Shown: piece by piece, positions 11,791-24,248 of the stretch | Layout: each line of letters begins with the position of its first letter | Numbering within the stretch: position 1 is the first letter of the stretch | NCBI RefSeq assembly: GCF_036321535.1 | Contig: NC_087437.1 | Span: forward strand, 11,782,001-11,846,000 | DNA length: 64,000 nt | Origin: Camelus dromedarius | Lineage: Eukaryota | Direction: 5' to 3' | The notes under the pieces: model-generated | Databases searched by the model: none | The model's input: the letters and a program-made list of their open reading frames with translations, nothing else | What the model was told of the DNA's origin: nothing | Position numbers and translations under genes: made by a program

Positions 11791-12243
11791 CTGCACATCC
11801 AGCAAGTTTTCCTGTACAACTTGCTACTACTTACTCTATTCTCACCTAACATGTTGAATTTTAAGAGGCTTGTGAAGGAAAATAAAGATAAAATATCATT
11901 CAATGTGATCTAATACTTTGTAGGTATATACCAAGGAAACTAACACTGGTACTGACATTAGCCATTTCTGGACAACTAGAACTTTTACACCGGCAGAGTC
12001 AACTAAGTTTGTGTAATGCATTTATGTCTGACATCATCTATTCTTCTTTTTCTATCAACAATAATTTATTTACCAAAGCATCGACACTTTAACTCAAATT
12101 TTAAGGTTTTATTTATCTTTATATATAGTGCCTAGGTTACACTCTTACTGTTTAAGTTAGGATCTACCAACCTACACTAACATCTAGGATTTTTTTCCCC
12201 CAGTATTATGCACTATTCCCAAGTAGTATTTAAATGCCATTAA

Positions 12244-12392
12244 TTTTTTTCTTATTTTATTTTATTTATTAATTTTTTTGGTGGGGGGAGGTAATTAGGT
12301 TTATTTATTTATATGAAATGGAGGTACTGGGGATTGAACCCAGGACCTCATGCATGCTAAGCATGCTCTCTACCACTGAGCTATATCCTCCC
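12244..12392 (-). mobile_element. tRNA-Ala-derived camelid SINE (vic-1 type)
   Basis: Minus strand GGATATAGCTCAGTGGTAGAG...GGTCCTGGGTTCAATCCCCAGTACCTCC (A and B boxes), then AAACCTAATTACCTCCCC and an A-rich tail. Confidence 0.9.
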
Positions 12393-12402
12393 TTCCATCA
12401 TT

Positions 12403-13065
12403 ATTTTTTATTGAAGTATAATTGATTTACAATGTTGTATTAATTTCCTGTGTACAGTACAGTGATTCAATTTTACTCCTTTTCATATTTTTTTCATTAC
12501 AAGTATTGAATATATCTCCCTGTGCTATGTAGTAGGATCTTATTTATCTATTTTATATATAGTAATATCTGCAAATCCTGGACTCCCAGTTTATCCCTCC
12601 CCACTCTTTTACCCCTTGGTAAGCATAAGTTTGTTTTCTATGTCTGCGAGTCTGTTTCTGTTTTGTAATTAAGTTCATTTGTGTCATTTTTTTTTTTTAG
12701 ATTCCACATAGAAGTGATACCATATGGTATTTTTCTTTCTCTTTCTGGCTTACTTCACTTCGTGTGATGATCTCTAGGTCCATCCATGTTGCTGCAAATG
12801 ACATTATTTTATTCTTTTTATGGCCGAGTAGTATTCCACTGTATACATACACCACAACTTCTTTATCCAGTCATCTGCCAATGGACATTTAGATTGCTTC
12901 CATGTATTGGCTATTGTATATAGTGCCGCTATGAACATTGGGATGCATGTATTTTTTTCAAATTAGCATTCCCCTTGGATATATGTCCAGGAGTAGGACT
13001 GCTGGATCGGATGGTAAGTAAATGTAAGTAAATGGTAAGTTTATTTTTAGCTTTTTGAGGAATCT
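12403..13065 (-). mobile_element. 5'-truncated artiodactyl-type L1 (3' UTR plus ORF2 end)
   Basis: TTTATTGAAGTATAATTGATTTACAATGTTG...TCCATCCATGTTGCTGCAAATG...TTTTTGAGGAATCT. Confidence 0.92.
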
Positions 13066-14647
13066 AGGAGGCCATCTAGGAAGATGGACATTTCGGTCAC
13101 TTCCATGTCTTGTAAATGCTACTAATTTTTACACTGGGATGCTTTGTGGAACTATACCATAAAAAAGTTAAAAGGTCAAATCTTCCCATTTGAGAATTCC
13201 GACTACTGGTCATCTGTCTCCAGGAAGAAGCAACAGAAGTGAGCTGGTCCCTCTGCTCCCTCGGACACCTGCTCACAGTCATTGTCAGTCCATGTCATTG
13301 CCACATCTAAGCAACCCGGTGCTATTGCTTCTGTTGGTAAATTTTCGTCCAACAGTAACATCCTCTGGCTTCTCAAAGGGCTGCTAAAGGATAATGGCCT
13401 TTATTGTACATGGGGCATCTCTATGATGAGTAAGTGGGGCCGTTTTCTTTCCCCTGGGAAACGAAATTGTACTGGTTTATTCTCATACACGTAATTTCAA
13501 TCATGGATATTTTTTTGTCTCCAAAAAGGATTAAACATTGTGTGTAAAGTGCTTATCAGGTGCTTGAGTTCTATGATGCTTTTTCGAGTCTGAAAACTGG
13601 CAGTGCAAAAATAGAAAATGATTTCACAGTTCCCCAGGGCCAAGACTGGAATATACAAATCAGAGAGGAAAAGAAAATTGCATTTAAATATAGAATGTAC
13701 TGGGAATTTCTGCCTTTATTTCAAGCTCCATGTAAGTGGTCAAATTATAATTTTTCTGGGCAGATATACATGACATAATTTGTTATGTAAGAGGTAACTG
13801 ACTTGAAAGATTTGTGCAAAATTAAATTTGCAAAATAAAGAATATGGTTTAGGACTTTGAACATTATGATTAAGTTTCAATGTAAATAAAATATGTGGTT
13901 TCCCTTAGAAAGTAAAGACTTAATATAATTTGCAAATTACTCCTGCAATGAGTCCATTTACAGTGAGTATAAGTTGCTACTGTATTTTCATAATGAACAA
14001 ATGAGGTTTTAATGAATCACATTTCATTTAATATTCTACAGAAATATGAGATAATAGAGAATTTAATTGAAATATTTATTCCTTATGGTGGAATTAAACT
14101 GGAACATTCTTTCTGAAAACTGTTAGGTTTTAGCATGCAGATTTCAAAAAAAGTCTATTTTTTATTATCTTTTAAAACGTATTCTTCAACAAGTTGGTTT
14201 GAAGGTTGGTGAACCGTCATGTTAAAGTAAACTTTGTCCAATGAAAAAAGATAATATGTTTGGTGGTGTTGCAAATTAAAGGAAAGAAAAATACATATCT
14301 TTAATCACAGGGCAGAGTCAACAATATTTCTGTAGACAATAGTCATAGTTTGGTATCGCATTGCTCTTACATTTTATATAGTATGATCTATCCATCCATT
14401 CAACAAATATTTACGGAGTGTCTGCTCTGCACCACCCGTACACTTAAAGAATTGTATTTGAGGAGTCAGAGGCCAGGTTGTAAAGTGGTCCTCAGGGCAT
14501 TCGCACGACTTAGGGAGGTTAAGTGCACAGCATGATGCCCTAGTGAAGATTATATTTGTGCTTATTTTATTCAAGTCTGTAGAGAGGTGCCAGGAAGCTT
14601 TCTCCATCAGAAGAGAGTAAAATTCTCCTTTGACGGACTGAAGATAA

Positions 14648-14774
14648 TTTTTTTTTTTTTGGTGGGTGGAGGAGGTAATTAGGTTTATTTATTTTTAGGG
14701 GAGGTACTGGGGATTGAACCCAGGACCTCGTGCATGCTAAGCATGTGCTCCACCACTTGAGCTATACCCTTCCC
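14648..14774 (-). mobile_element. tRNA-Ala-derived camelid SINE (vic-1 type)
   Basis: Minus strand GGGTATAGCTCAAGTGGTGGAGCACATGCTTAGCATGCACGAGGTCCTGGGTTCAATCCCCAGTACCTCC, with a poly-T on the plus strand; AAGATA(A/G)TTT on both flanks is a possible TSD. Confidence 0.92.
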
Positions 14775-15086
14775 ATCTTAAAGATAGTTTCTGATCTTGT
14801 TTCCAACCCTTCCTGAACTTCCTCCCCCAGAAGCATAGGGCATTTGGAAAAGGGAGGATGGTAGCTCTATTGTCTGGAAATGCACAGTAATGGTGTATTT
14901 TTTGGTGTATGATTCTAAAAAGAGAAGTCTAGACACCAGAGAGGGGAGAGGGAGAAAGATGCGGTCTTTGGGTCACGACGGTGACAGTAGCCTGAGTTCT
15001 CACCTCCTGGGGGTGGGGTGTGCACTCAAGGGAAGACTGCTGCACACAGGCCTGAGGCCACTGCCCAGGACTCAGGCCACAGCTTC

Positions 15087-15298
15087 TGTGTGGCCCAACT
15101 GGGGGCGACTTTTGTCCCCAAGAGACACTTGACAGCATCTGGAAACATTTTCGATTGTCATGACTGGAGGGAGCGATGCTACAGCAAGAAGTGGGTAGGG
15201 GCCAGAGATGCTGCTAAACAGCCTACAGGTCCCAGAGCCGCCCCCAGAAGGAGGCCTCCCTTTCAGTGTGTCAGTGGAGCCAAGGTTGAAACCCCCTG
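15087..15298. mobile_element. MER20 hAT MITE
   Basis: AACTGGGGGCGACTTTTGTCCCCAAGAGACACTTG...GCCAGAGATGCTGCTAAACA...CCAAGGTTGAAACCCCCTG. Confidence 0.8.
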
Positions 15299-15534
15299 TC
15301 GTCACCTGAGGGCCTAAGCTTAGTGCACGGTATGTGAGACACACTCATTGAATGCTTACTAGACTCGCTTACTTGAGAAAGTGAGTATCGAGTCAGTGTT
15401 ACACTTAACTCTACGTCCGGTCCCTGTTGGCATAGGGAAGCCACAAAAACGTGGTTTTCTATGGGGCACTACTGCTATCTGCTATTTGGTGGCGTTTCTG
15501 ATTTATTTAATTAGTTTATTTTCAGGGATTATAG

Positions 15535-15660
15535 TCACTTAACATGTATTTCCTGAACACCTATTATGTGTCAAATACAACTCTACACGCTGTGTATAGA
15601 AAGGAAAAATGTAACAATGATTCCTGTCTTCACAGAGTTTTTAGCCTACTTAAGAGAGGG
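15535..15660 (-). mobile_element. L2 3' fragment
   Basis: AACATGTATTTCCTGAACACCTATTATGTGTCA...TTCCTGTCTTCACAGAGTTT. Confidence 0.55.
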
Positions 15661-15852
15661 AAAGACCAGCACATGTTCATATATATATGAATCTGGAACA
15701 TACACAGGAAGTTTGCTTAATAAGGTTTAGTTCTATAGAGAGGTCTAGGATTTGGGGTGTTGATCAAAGAACATTTTTATCGATGATGTTTGTCTATCTT
15801 TTATAAGAATGTACTTGTGCATATGGTGTAATTAAAGATTAAACATTATAAT

Positions 15853-16073
15853 CAGCTCATACAACTCAACACCAAAAAAACAAACAACCTAAAAATAGAA
15901 CTATCACATGACCCAGCAATTCCACTTCTGGATATATAGCTGAAAAAAGCAAAAACACTAATTCGAAAAGATACATGCACCCCAGTGTTCATAGCAGCAT
16001 TATTTACAATTGCCAAGATATGCAAACAACCTAAATGTCCATCAACAGATGAATGAATAAAGAAGATGCTGTG

Positions 16074-16107
<34 letters not shown>

Positions 16108-16505
16108 GGAATACTACTCAACCATAAAAAGAACAAAATTTTGCCAGTTACAGCAACATGGATGGACTTCGGAGGGCATTATGCTAAGTGAAGCAAGTCA
16201 GACAGAGAAAGATACATACTGTATGACATCACTTACATGTGGAATCTAAAAAATACAACAAACTAGTGAATATAACATAAAAGAAGCAGACTTGCAGATA
16301 CAGAGAACAAACTAGTGGTTACCAGTGGGAGCAAGGGCCAACGTAGGGGTGGGGGAGTGGGGGGTACAAACTATTGGGTGTAAGACAGGCTCAGGGATGT
16401 ACTGTACAGCATGAGGGAATATAGCCAATATTTTGTAATAACTGTATATTGAAAGTAATCTTTCAAAATTGTGTAAACATTTTTAGAAATTTTTAAATAG
16501 AATAA
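15853..16505 (+). mobile_element. Artiodactyl-type L1 3' portion with an internal (AC)n at 16077-16105
   Basis: GACCCAGCAATTCCACTTCTGG, GATACATGCACCCCAGTGTTCATAGCAGCA, GGGAATATAGCCAATATTTTGTAATAAC and an A-rich end. Confidence 0.92.
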
Positions 16506-16584
16506 ATATTAATTTCAGGAAAGTAGTAATACATGCTTTAAAATATGCATTTATTTGTTTTTTGGTTAACAGTTTGGTCATTTA

Positions 16585-16850
16585 CATTTTCCTAACATTT
16601 TTAATAAACCTTTTTAAACATGCAGAGGAGTTTAAAAAATTATACAGTGAACATATTGACCATCTAGATTCCACAATTAATACTTTAATACACTCGCCTT
16701 ATACATATCCATCCATCTATCCATGCCTCTACCCACCCATCAATATATCATATTTTTTGATGTATTTCAAAGTAAGTTGCAGTGCCTCAGTGCACTTCTC
16801 TCTAAATATTTCAGCATGCATTTCATTAACTAGAACTCGGTATTTGCTTA
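16585..16850 (-). mobile_element. L1ME-type 3' fragment
   Basis: TTTAAACATGCAGAGGAG...TACAGTGAACA...TTTCAAAGTAAGTTGCAG...TTTCAGCATGCAT. Confidence 0.6.
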
Positions 16851-17279
16851 CAATTCAAACCTACTTTTTATTAACTTTATCTTGTTATTCAACACAAAAT
16901 GACTGAAATGGAAACATGAGCTCCATCTTATGGTTCTACTGGTTTCCTTATGTGACTTAAGCAGGATCCAGGTAGAAGTCTGACCTCTAGAACAGTGGTC
17001 ATTGTAAGACTTCTTAGGGGACACCGCTATTTGTTACTTTACATTGAATTCTTATTAATCAAAGGATCAGTTGGTAGAGCCATTATTCCTTCTTTCTAAT
17101 GATGAATTTTTACTCCAACCTAAAAGCAAAACAGACTGTAGCATCATCAGCTGGCCAGTTGGCTTATTGCTGAGAGACAGGTGGTTTATGTGCCCAGAAA
17201 GCAGTGTGGGGACTGTCCTCTGTGGCTTTGGAAATACTGCCACACTTGGATTTGGTAGCCTTTCTTGCATGTACACAAG

Positions 17280-17395
17280 ACCTCACTGGTTTGAGGGCAG
17301 AAATCTGGTCACTTTGTTCACAGTTCTCTCCCCAGAGCACAGTTTCATGACCAGCACGTCAACAAATATTTGTTAAATGAATGAATGATTGAATG
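17280..17395 (+). mobile_element. L2 3' end
   Basis: TGAGGGCAG...TTTGTTCAC...CAACAAATATTTGTTAAATGAATGAATGA. Confidence 0.7.
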
Positions 17396-17859
17396 AGAAC
17401 TTTATACATGGATATAGTAGATCACTCGTGAAATTGATTAATAAATCTGTAGGTCTGTAGAAAGGACAGGACACTGATGACTTGCTGGCATTAATACTTA
17501 GTTTTTTATCCATCCTCACCTTCCAAGAGATCAATATGCAGAACATTACAAGTACATTTTGGAAAAGGTTTAATTAAATAACTCCATAATAAAGACAAAA
17601 CTACAAAGGCTTATCATAATTACTTGGGGGAGAATACTGGTTAGCTGTCAACAAAGACCAGAATACATTTTTATCTCCTGGCTGTTGTATTGTCATGTTC
17701 TTTAAATATGGTGCTAATTTAGATTGAAAGCATTATGGTGAAAGTATCTTGGTATTTTGCAAAAATCATATTAAAATGTCCAAAGGATATTCTGGGTGAA
17801 TATCAATGTTTACATAAATGAGCACTGTCCATTCTTAGACAGATTAGAAGGAGAAAATA

Positions 17860-18040
17860 AACCGTGTAAAGAGTTTGGGCTTTGAAGTCAGGAGAACTTG
17901 AGTTCCAGCCAAGGTTCCCACACTGTCGGCACATCTCCTAGCCTGCACGGGAGGAAAACGCTTCTACTACTTTGTAGTTTTGAAAAGTAAGTGAAACAAA
18001 TTACTTAGCAGAGCTTCTGGGGATAAGCAGTCCATATTTG
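17860..18040 (+). mobile_element. MIR fragment
   Basis: GGGCTTTGAAGTCAGGAGAACTTGAGTTCCAGCC, a MIR-like head. Confidence 0.5.
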
Positions 18041-18169
18041 ATAGTTTTCTTCTTTTGTTAAAAAGAAACTTATATGATGACAGCAACAATATTTTCAGCA
18101 TCTTCTTAGAGTGAGAATTTGGTTGATTTGTTCTTTTTAATTTTTATCAAAATTACCCATGTAAATAGG

Positions 18170-21100
18170 TTAAAATACTTCACTTTAGAGCTATTGGGAA
18201 TATCTTTTTAAAATTTGGTTTGTATATTCAACCATGTGCATATAGTTGGTATTTATACATTGATGTGGTATCAGCAGGTTGGCGAAACTCATTTACTAAT
18301 GTAATAACTTGTCTGTGCATCCTTTGATAATCTATGCGTTGATTACATTACCAACAAAGAGAGTTTTATTTTTTTTCCCAATTCTTTAATCTTTCTTTTT
18401 GATTTTATTGCCTCTTAATTTAGTTAGGCCCTCAGTGCAATGCTGATAAGGAGTCTGTCTTGCTATGCTTCCTGTTTCAGAGAAAAACCTTTCAACATTT
18501 TAACTTTTGATGTTAGCTGTAGGGTTTTGGGGAGGAGGAATAGCTTCCTTTTATCATTTTGCAGAGTTTTTATTATATTACTAGATTACTAAACACATTT
18601 GCCATGAATGGATGTTATAGTTCATCAAATACTTTTTTGGTATCTGTTGAAATCATCATGTATATTTCTCCTTTTTTATCTGTTAATGTGTCAAGTTGCA
18701 TGTTGATATTCTGACATTGAAATAATTTTGTGGATCTGTAGTAAGCTCAACTTGCTCAAGGTATTTTATGCTTTTGTATAGTGCTGGGTTCTGCTGGCTA
18801 ATATTGAGTCTGAAGGGTTTGCATTTATGGTCGTGGATGAGATTGGCCAGGGATTTTCCTTTCTCATTCTGTATCGGTTTGGGGTATCAAGATTTCGCTA
18901 CATCATGGAATGAATGGGTGGATATCCTTCCCTCTCTTTCCATTTTCTGAGCTGGATATTATTTCTTCCTTTAATGTTAGATAACATTTTCTAGGGTGGC
19001 TATTAGGGGTCTAGAGTGGTTTTTGTTTGTTTTGTTTTTGCTGTCGTGTGTGGGGGGGTGGTATTTATTTATATTCAATTTAATGGTTATAAAATTTATC
19101 AAGTTTTGAATTTCATCTTTTGAATTCTTGATAAAATATAATTTTCTAGGCATTTTAAAATTCATATACTATTTCAATTTATTAGCAGAAGGCTTGTTAT
19201 TAACATTATCTTGTTGATGTTTGCAGGATCTGTGATTATTTGTCATTACTGCTGTTGGTTATTTGTGTTTTTCTCCTGTTCTTGATTGGTCTTGCCTCAG
19301 GGATAGAAATGTCGTTAATCTTCTCAAGAAGAAAATGTGGGCTTTGTTGATTGCCTTTATTCTGTGTTTGTTTTCTATTTTGTTGCTCTGTGCTTGTATA
19401 GTGACTGTTTCCTTTGCCCTCCATCCTCTTGTGTTAACGCTATCCTTCCTCAGACTTTCTGAAGTAGATGAACGGATGTATGCTGAGCTCCTGATTTTCA
19501 ACCTTCCCCACCTCCACCTCTCTTTTCCTCTAGGTATCTCTTGAAACAGTAGTTTTCAACCAGGGGCAATTTTGCCCTACCCCAAGGGACATTTGTCTAT
19601 ATCTGCAGACATCTGGGGGAGAAAGAGATACTGGCCTTTAGTGGATAGAAGCCAAGAATGCTGCTAAACATCCCACAATACAGAGGGTGGCCCCCACTGC
19701 AAGGAATTATCCACCTCTAAATGTCAGCTGTGCTGAGGTTGAGAAAACCTGCTTCAGAGCATTCTGTAAGGTTTGAATAATTCAGTTAAAAATACTTTCC
19801 AATTTTCATTTAAATTGCTTCTTTAACCATGTGTGATTTATACACTTAAAGCTTTAATTTATTACCATATGGGAATTTTCTCCTCTTTTTTAACTGACTG
19901 AAGCTTTGAATTTCCAACTTAAATGAACTGTGATCAGAAAACATCCTCTGTATGTTTTCAGCCCTTTGAAATTGCTTGAGACATGATTTGTAGCCCAGCG
20001 AATGATTAACTGGGTAAATGTTCATTTCATCTTTGAAAAGAAAATGTTTCTGCAGCTGTTGGGTGAGATGCTCTGTTTATTAATTTGGTTTATGATTAAA
20101 TTATTGATATTTGGGGTGCATGTTTGAAAAGTTTTCAGAGAACTGTTTTAAAATCTTCCACTCTGATTGTGTAGTTATTTACATTATCATTGTATTTCTC
20201 ACAGATTGTGCTTTATGTATTTTGAAGTTGAGTTTAGGTGTGTAAAAATACAGGATTGTCATCCTTTTCTAGTAAATAATCCTTATGAAGGAACCATAAA
20301 TAATGATCTCTTGATCCTGAATAATTTTTTTTTTGTCTCATGTTAAACAAGCTATACATCCTTTCTTTTGGTTAATTGTTTACACTATATATCTGCTTTC
20401 ACTTTTCACTACTTTTAACCCTTGTGAATCCTTACATTTTAGGTGTCTCATAAATAATGTGTATGTATACATGTCTAGTATGGATAAACAAATCTAGTGT
20501 GACAAGCTTTGTCTGTATCCCATATATTGTAATCAGTGAAGCATTTCGATTTATATCTACCATTTTACTATCTGTTTTCTGTTCAATTTTTTTAAAAATT
20601 TATTTTGCCTTTACCACCTTCTTTTGGATTGGTAATTTTTATTTTTTTATATTTTTTTACCTTATCAGTTTGGAAGTTAAACATTTTCTTACTCTTTCTT
20701 TCAGTAGTTACTAAAAAAAAAATATTGCATCATTTACTAATCAATACTTAATGTTAATTTGTTCTTATGCTTTGCTTCAGACAATAAAAATACCTTGGCA
20801 TTCTTTAATTTCATTTTCCTTCCTCCTGATTTTAATGTTATTGTTTTTGTGTATTTTAATTCTTTCTATAGTTTATTTTACACAAGGACCATTTTTATTT
20901 CAGTTTATATGGTCACATTTTATATAGTTTTAGTGATATGGTCACCATTTTGTTTGTTCTTCATACTTCCCTATATCTCCTACCTTCAGTTTGCAATTAT
21001 ATTTTCTTCTTTCTTCTATTTTGTATTTTAATTTTTGTAATTTTTTTTCACCTTCTGTTTTCTCCTTTTCTTTCCTTTCTGTTTTCTTTTGTTTCAGACT

Positions 21101-21270
21101 CTTTTTTATGACTTTTTTCTTTAAATTTGAACTTCCTGGAGTTTTGATATGATGTGTCTGAGTGTGGATTTTTTCTTTCAATTTATCCTGCTTGTGATCT
21201 GTTGGTATTATGGAGTCTGTATATTGGTGTCTTTCATCAGTTTTGAAGAGTTAGTAACTATTATCATTGT
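18170..21270 (-). mobile_element. Highly decayed old L1M (ORF2 RT to EN to ORF1)
   Basis: CCTTTCAACATTT...GATGTTAGCTGTAGG (RT), GCCATGAATGGATGTT...TCAAATACTTTTT, and the ORF1-type GATGTGTCTGAGTGTGGATTTTTTC...TTTATCCTGCTTG. Confidence 0.7.
19547..19750. mobile_element. MER20 inserted in the old L1M
   Basis: CAGTAGTTTTCAACCAGGGGCAATTTTGCCC...AATGCTGCTAAACATCCCACAAT...GCTGAGGTTGAGAAAACCTG. Confidence 0.85.
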
Positions 21271-21339
21271 CAACTAAAAAATATCTTGGGGCAAGCATAT
21301 TAAATGAATACAACTTTAGAACATTTTTCAGTCTTTCAA

Positions 21340-22690
21340 AAGAACTAAATTTATATCATTTTTCTTAACTACTTTATTGGTATTTGTCATTATTTGCCTT
21401 GTAACTTTTCCATCCTTGTACTTTGAATTTTTCTGTGGCCTTATATATTGCATATGTTTCCAACAACAAATAGCTGGATTTGGTGTTTTAATCCAGTGTA
21501 ATGATATTTATCATTTAACTGAGTGCCTGATCAATGTACATTGAGTGTGAATATTCATGTTGGCATCTATTACTACCGTCTTATCTGTGCTTTCTGTTTG
21601 TTTGGCTTATTCTGTCTTTTTCCCCCGTTTTTGAATGTGTTTATTTTTGTTTGTTTGTTTTAGTTCATTTTCCCCTCATTATTTTGGAAAAATGTGTTCT
21701 ATATCCTTTTTTCAGTGTTTACCCTATATTTTAGCCTAACTAAGTCAATTATTAATATTTTTGCCTGCTGCTGAAAAATGTAAATAGGAACCTTAGAACA
21801 TTTTAAACACCATCCACCAAATTAATCCCTATTGTTTCACACAATTTCAGTTTAATTATGGTTTTTTTAACCCCGCAAATAGTCATTATTGTTATTTCAA
21901 TTATTATTTCATACATCAATATTTGTTTAAATTTACCCACATATCTTCTCATACATTTTTCTACTATTCCTTCTTGCATTTTTGAATAATTGCAATAATA
22001 ATTTTCTTTATGCCTGAACTGCATACTTTAGATATTTTACTTTTATGAGGGTCTACTGCCATACATGGTGAACTTACAGTGTTTGTTTATCTAAAAAGTG
22101 TTTTTAAGTGAAATAAAAATGAACATCATTTTTGAAAGGTAATTTTGCTGAGTATTTAATTATGGGTTGATAGTTACTTTTCTCAAGTTTCTGAAGGTAT
22201 AATTCCACTTTTTTTTCCCTGGTTTTTATTTTTGTTATTGAGAACTTAGCCGTAAGTGCACTTACGGCTCTTTTCTTAGGTAACCTATCTTCTTTCTCTG
22301 ACTTACAAACTTTTTTCTTTGCTGTTCTGCAGCTTTCCTATACTGTGTCTATGTACATGTTTATTTTTTTTATTGAAGTATAATCAGTTTACAATGTTGT
22401 GTCAATGTCTTGTGTATGGCATAATAGTTCAGTTATACATACATTTGTTTTCATATTCTTCTTCATTATAGGTTACTACAAGGTAATGAGTCTAGTACCC
22501 GGTGCTATACAATATAAACTTGTTTATCTATTTTATATATAGTCGGGTACCTGTTTCTTTTCATTTACCCTGTCTGGGGTTTACTGGACTTTCTAAGTAT
22601 GAGGATTTTTGCCTACCAACAAATCTGGAAAGTTCTCAGCCATCATCTCTTCAATGGTGCTGCTTCAACATTCTGTCTATAATCTCCTTC
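21340..22690 (-). mobile_element. Second decayed L1M segment (EN start to ORF1)
   Basis: CTTTTCCATCCTTGTACTTTGAA...ATAGCTGGATTT...TAATCCAGTG (EN start); TTTTTGAAAGGTAATTTTGCTGAGTAT...GGAAAGTTCTCAGCCATCATCTCTTCAA (ORF1). Confidence 0.6.
22363..22543 (-). mobile_element. Short L1 3'-end insertion nested in the old L1M
   Basis: TTTATTGAAGTATAATCAGTTTACAATGTTGTGTC; flanking near-identical GTACATGTTT and GTACCTGTTT form a likely TSD. Confidence 0.85.
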
Positions 22691-24193
22691 TGGTTAAAAG
22701 GTTGGCTTGAAAAGCAGGTTTCCCAGGAAAATACAAAGTTTAGCTGCAGGCACTTGTGGTGCTCCTCCCTTGTACGGGACTCTTCCAAGGCCTAGCAGTG
22801 TGTTCGCTGGGCCTGTGTTCTAGCAGTGTTGTCAGAGTGTGATACTTGAACTGAAGTCACTGTGAACCACTGTCGCATTGCCTCCCACCACCTGCTCCAT
22901 TACACTTCCCCCTATTCTGGGTGGTGATCGTAGCATCAGGCATTTTTGGAATCTGAGTAGGAACTGAGCTGGGAATGCAGCATTTGCACAGCAGTTTGGG
23001 AAGACATTTTGGAATGCTGTAGTAAAATAGGTTATTAGCTATGAGCTTCTACTTAGTTATATTTTGTCATCTTTAAATTCATTTCCTTAAAAATTGAGAG
23101 ATAATTCAGATTAGGAAATTAAATTTGAAACAAAAGTAAGAAAGATGATCAATGATCAAGAGACATTATCCTGGCATCAAGACAATTTTATAACATGTCG
23201 TATCAACAATAACATTTCATTAAGAGGAAGAGGTAAATGTGTGCATTAGTATCAGTGTGCAATCAGACAAAACTGGGTTTGAATCTTAAGTTATGATATT
23301 TATTTTATAGAGTTACAGTGAGGTTTAAGCACTAACTTGTTAGCTGCCAGACCATGACAGACCCTCAATAATAAAAGCTATTAGAACTAGACTATAAACT
23401 CTTGTAGGACAGGAATAATGCCCTCTCATCTCTGTATTCACAGACTCTAGAATACAAAACAAATGTTCACAGTTTGTAGGACCAATGATCCATCAGCCAT
23501 TTGGAGAGGTAACAGTGCCGTGACTGGCAGTGGCTGTAATAGAAAGACTTTCCTTTCCATAGGCTTTGAAGCACTGCTCTTGGGCACCTCTGGACTATGA
23601 CATGTGGAAAAAGACTTAATGAAAAATGCATTCTTCATGAAGGCAACTGGGGTGATGGCAACGTCAGCCCTGGCGAAAACATTCAGTATCACCTGCTCCC
23701 AGAATTCAGACCTCATGGTGAATTTTGCCTGGAATTAAATCAGTAGAAGTGCCTTCTCTAAGGATTAAAAAAAAAAAAAACAACTGTACACAAATTCCAG
23801 AAATAGTCTGTTACACTTATTCTTCACAATTTATGAACTCAAAGAAAAGTAAGGCAAAAGAGTGGATAAAAACTGACCACCAGGTGTTTACAATCCTTTT
23901 GGGCATGAAAGAAAAGCAAGAGGTGATGCTTTTAATGAGGCAAATGCTATTAAAATAAAATGAGGAAGTACAAACTGATTTCTCTGACAACTGAAGCAAT
24001 CTCTCTAGGAAAAATGTTTCCTTCTTTGATTTGGATGCTAAACACAACCTAAACACCTGTCCCAACCTATAAAATAGTAAGGGGACTCTATTCTTTCTGC
24101 AGCCCACCTTCAAGAGGAAAGGAAAGGGAATCTGATTCCTTCCTTGGATCTGGGTCACTCATTTCATCTGCCTTCATATTCTGTTTGTGCTTC

Positions 24194-24248
24194 TGTGTGT
24201 GTGGGTGTGTATGCCTGTGCGTGTGTGTGCGTGAGTACGTGTGTGTGT
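24194..24248. repeat. Imperfect (TG)n microsatellite
   Basis: TGTGTGTGTGGGTGTGTATGCCTGTGCGTGTGTGTGCGTGAGTACGTGTGTGTGT. Confidence 0.8.

Noticed and set aside
14699..14774. tRNA-Ala(AGC)-like gene (also at 12318-12392 and 38101-38171)
   Set aside because: Each copy continues into the same non-tRNA 3' segment (AACCTAATTACC) and an A-rich tail, and one has a perfect TSD. These are SINEs, not tRNA genes.
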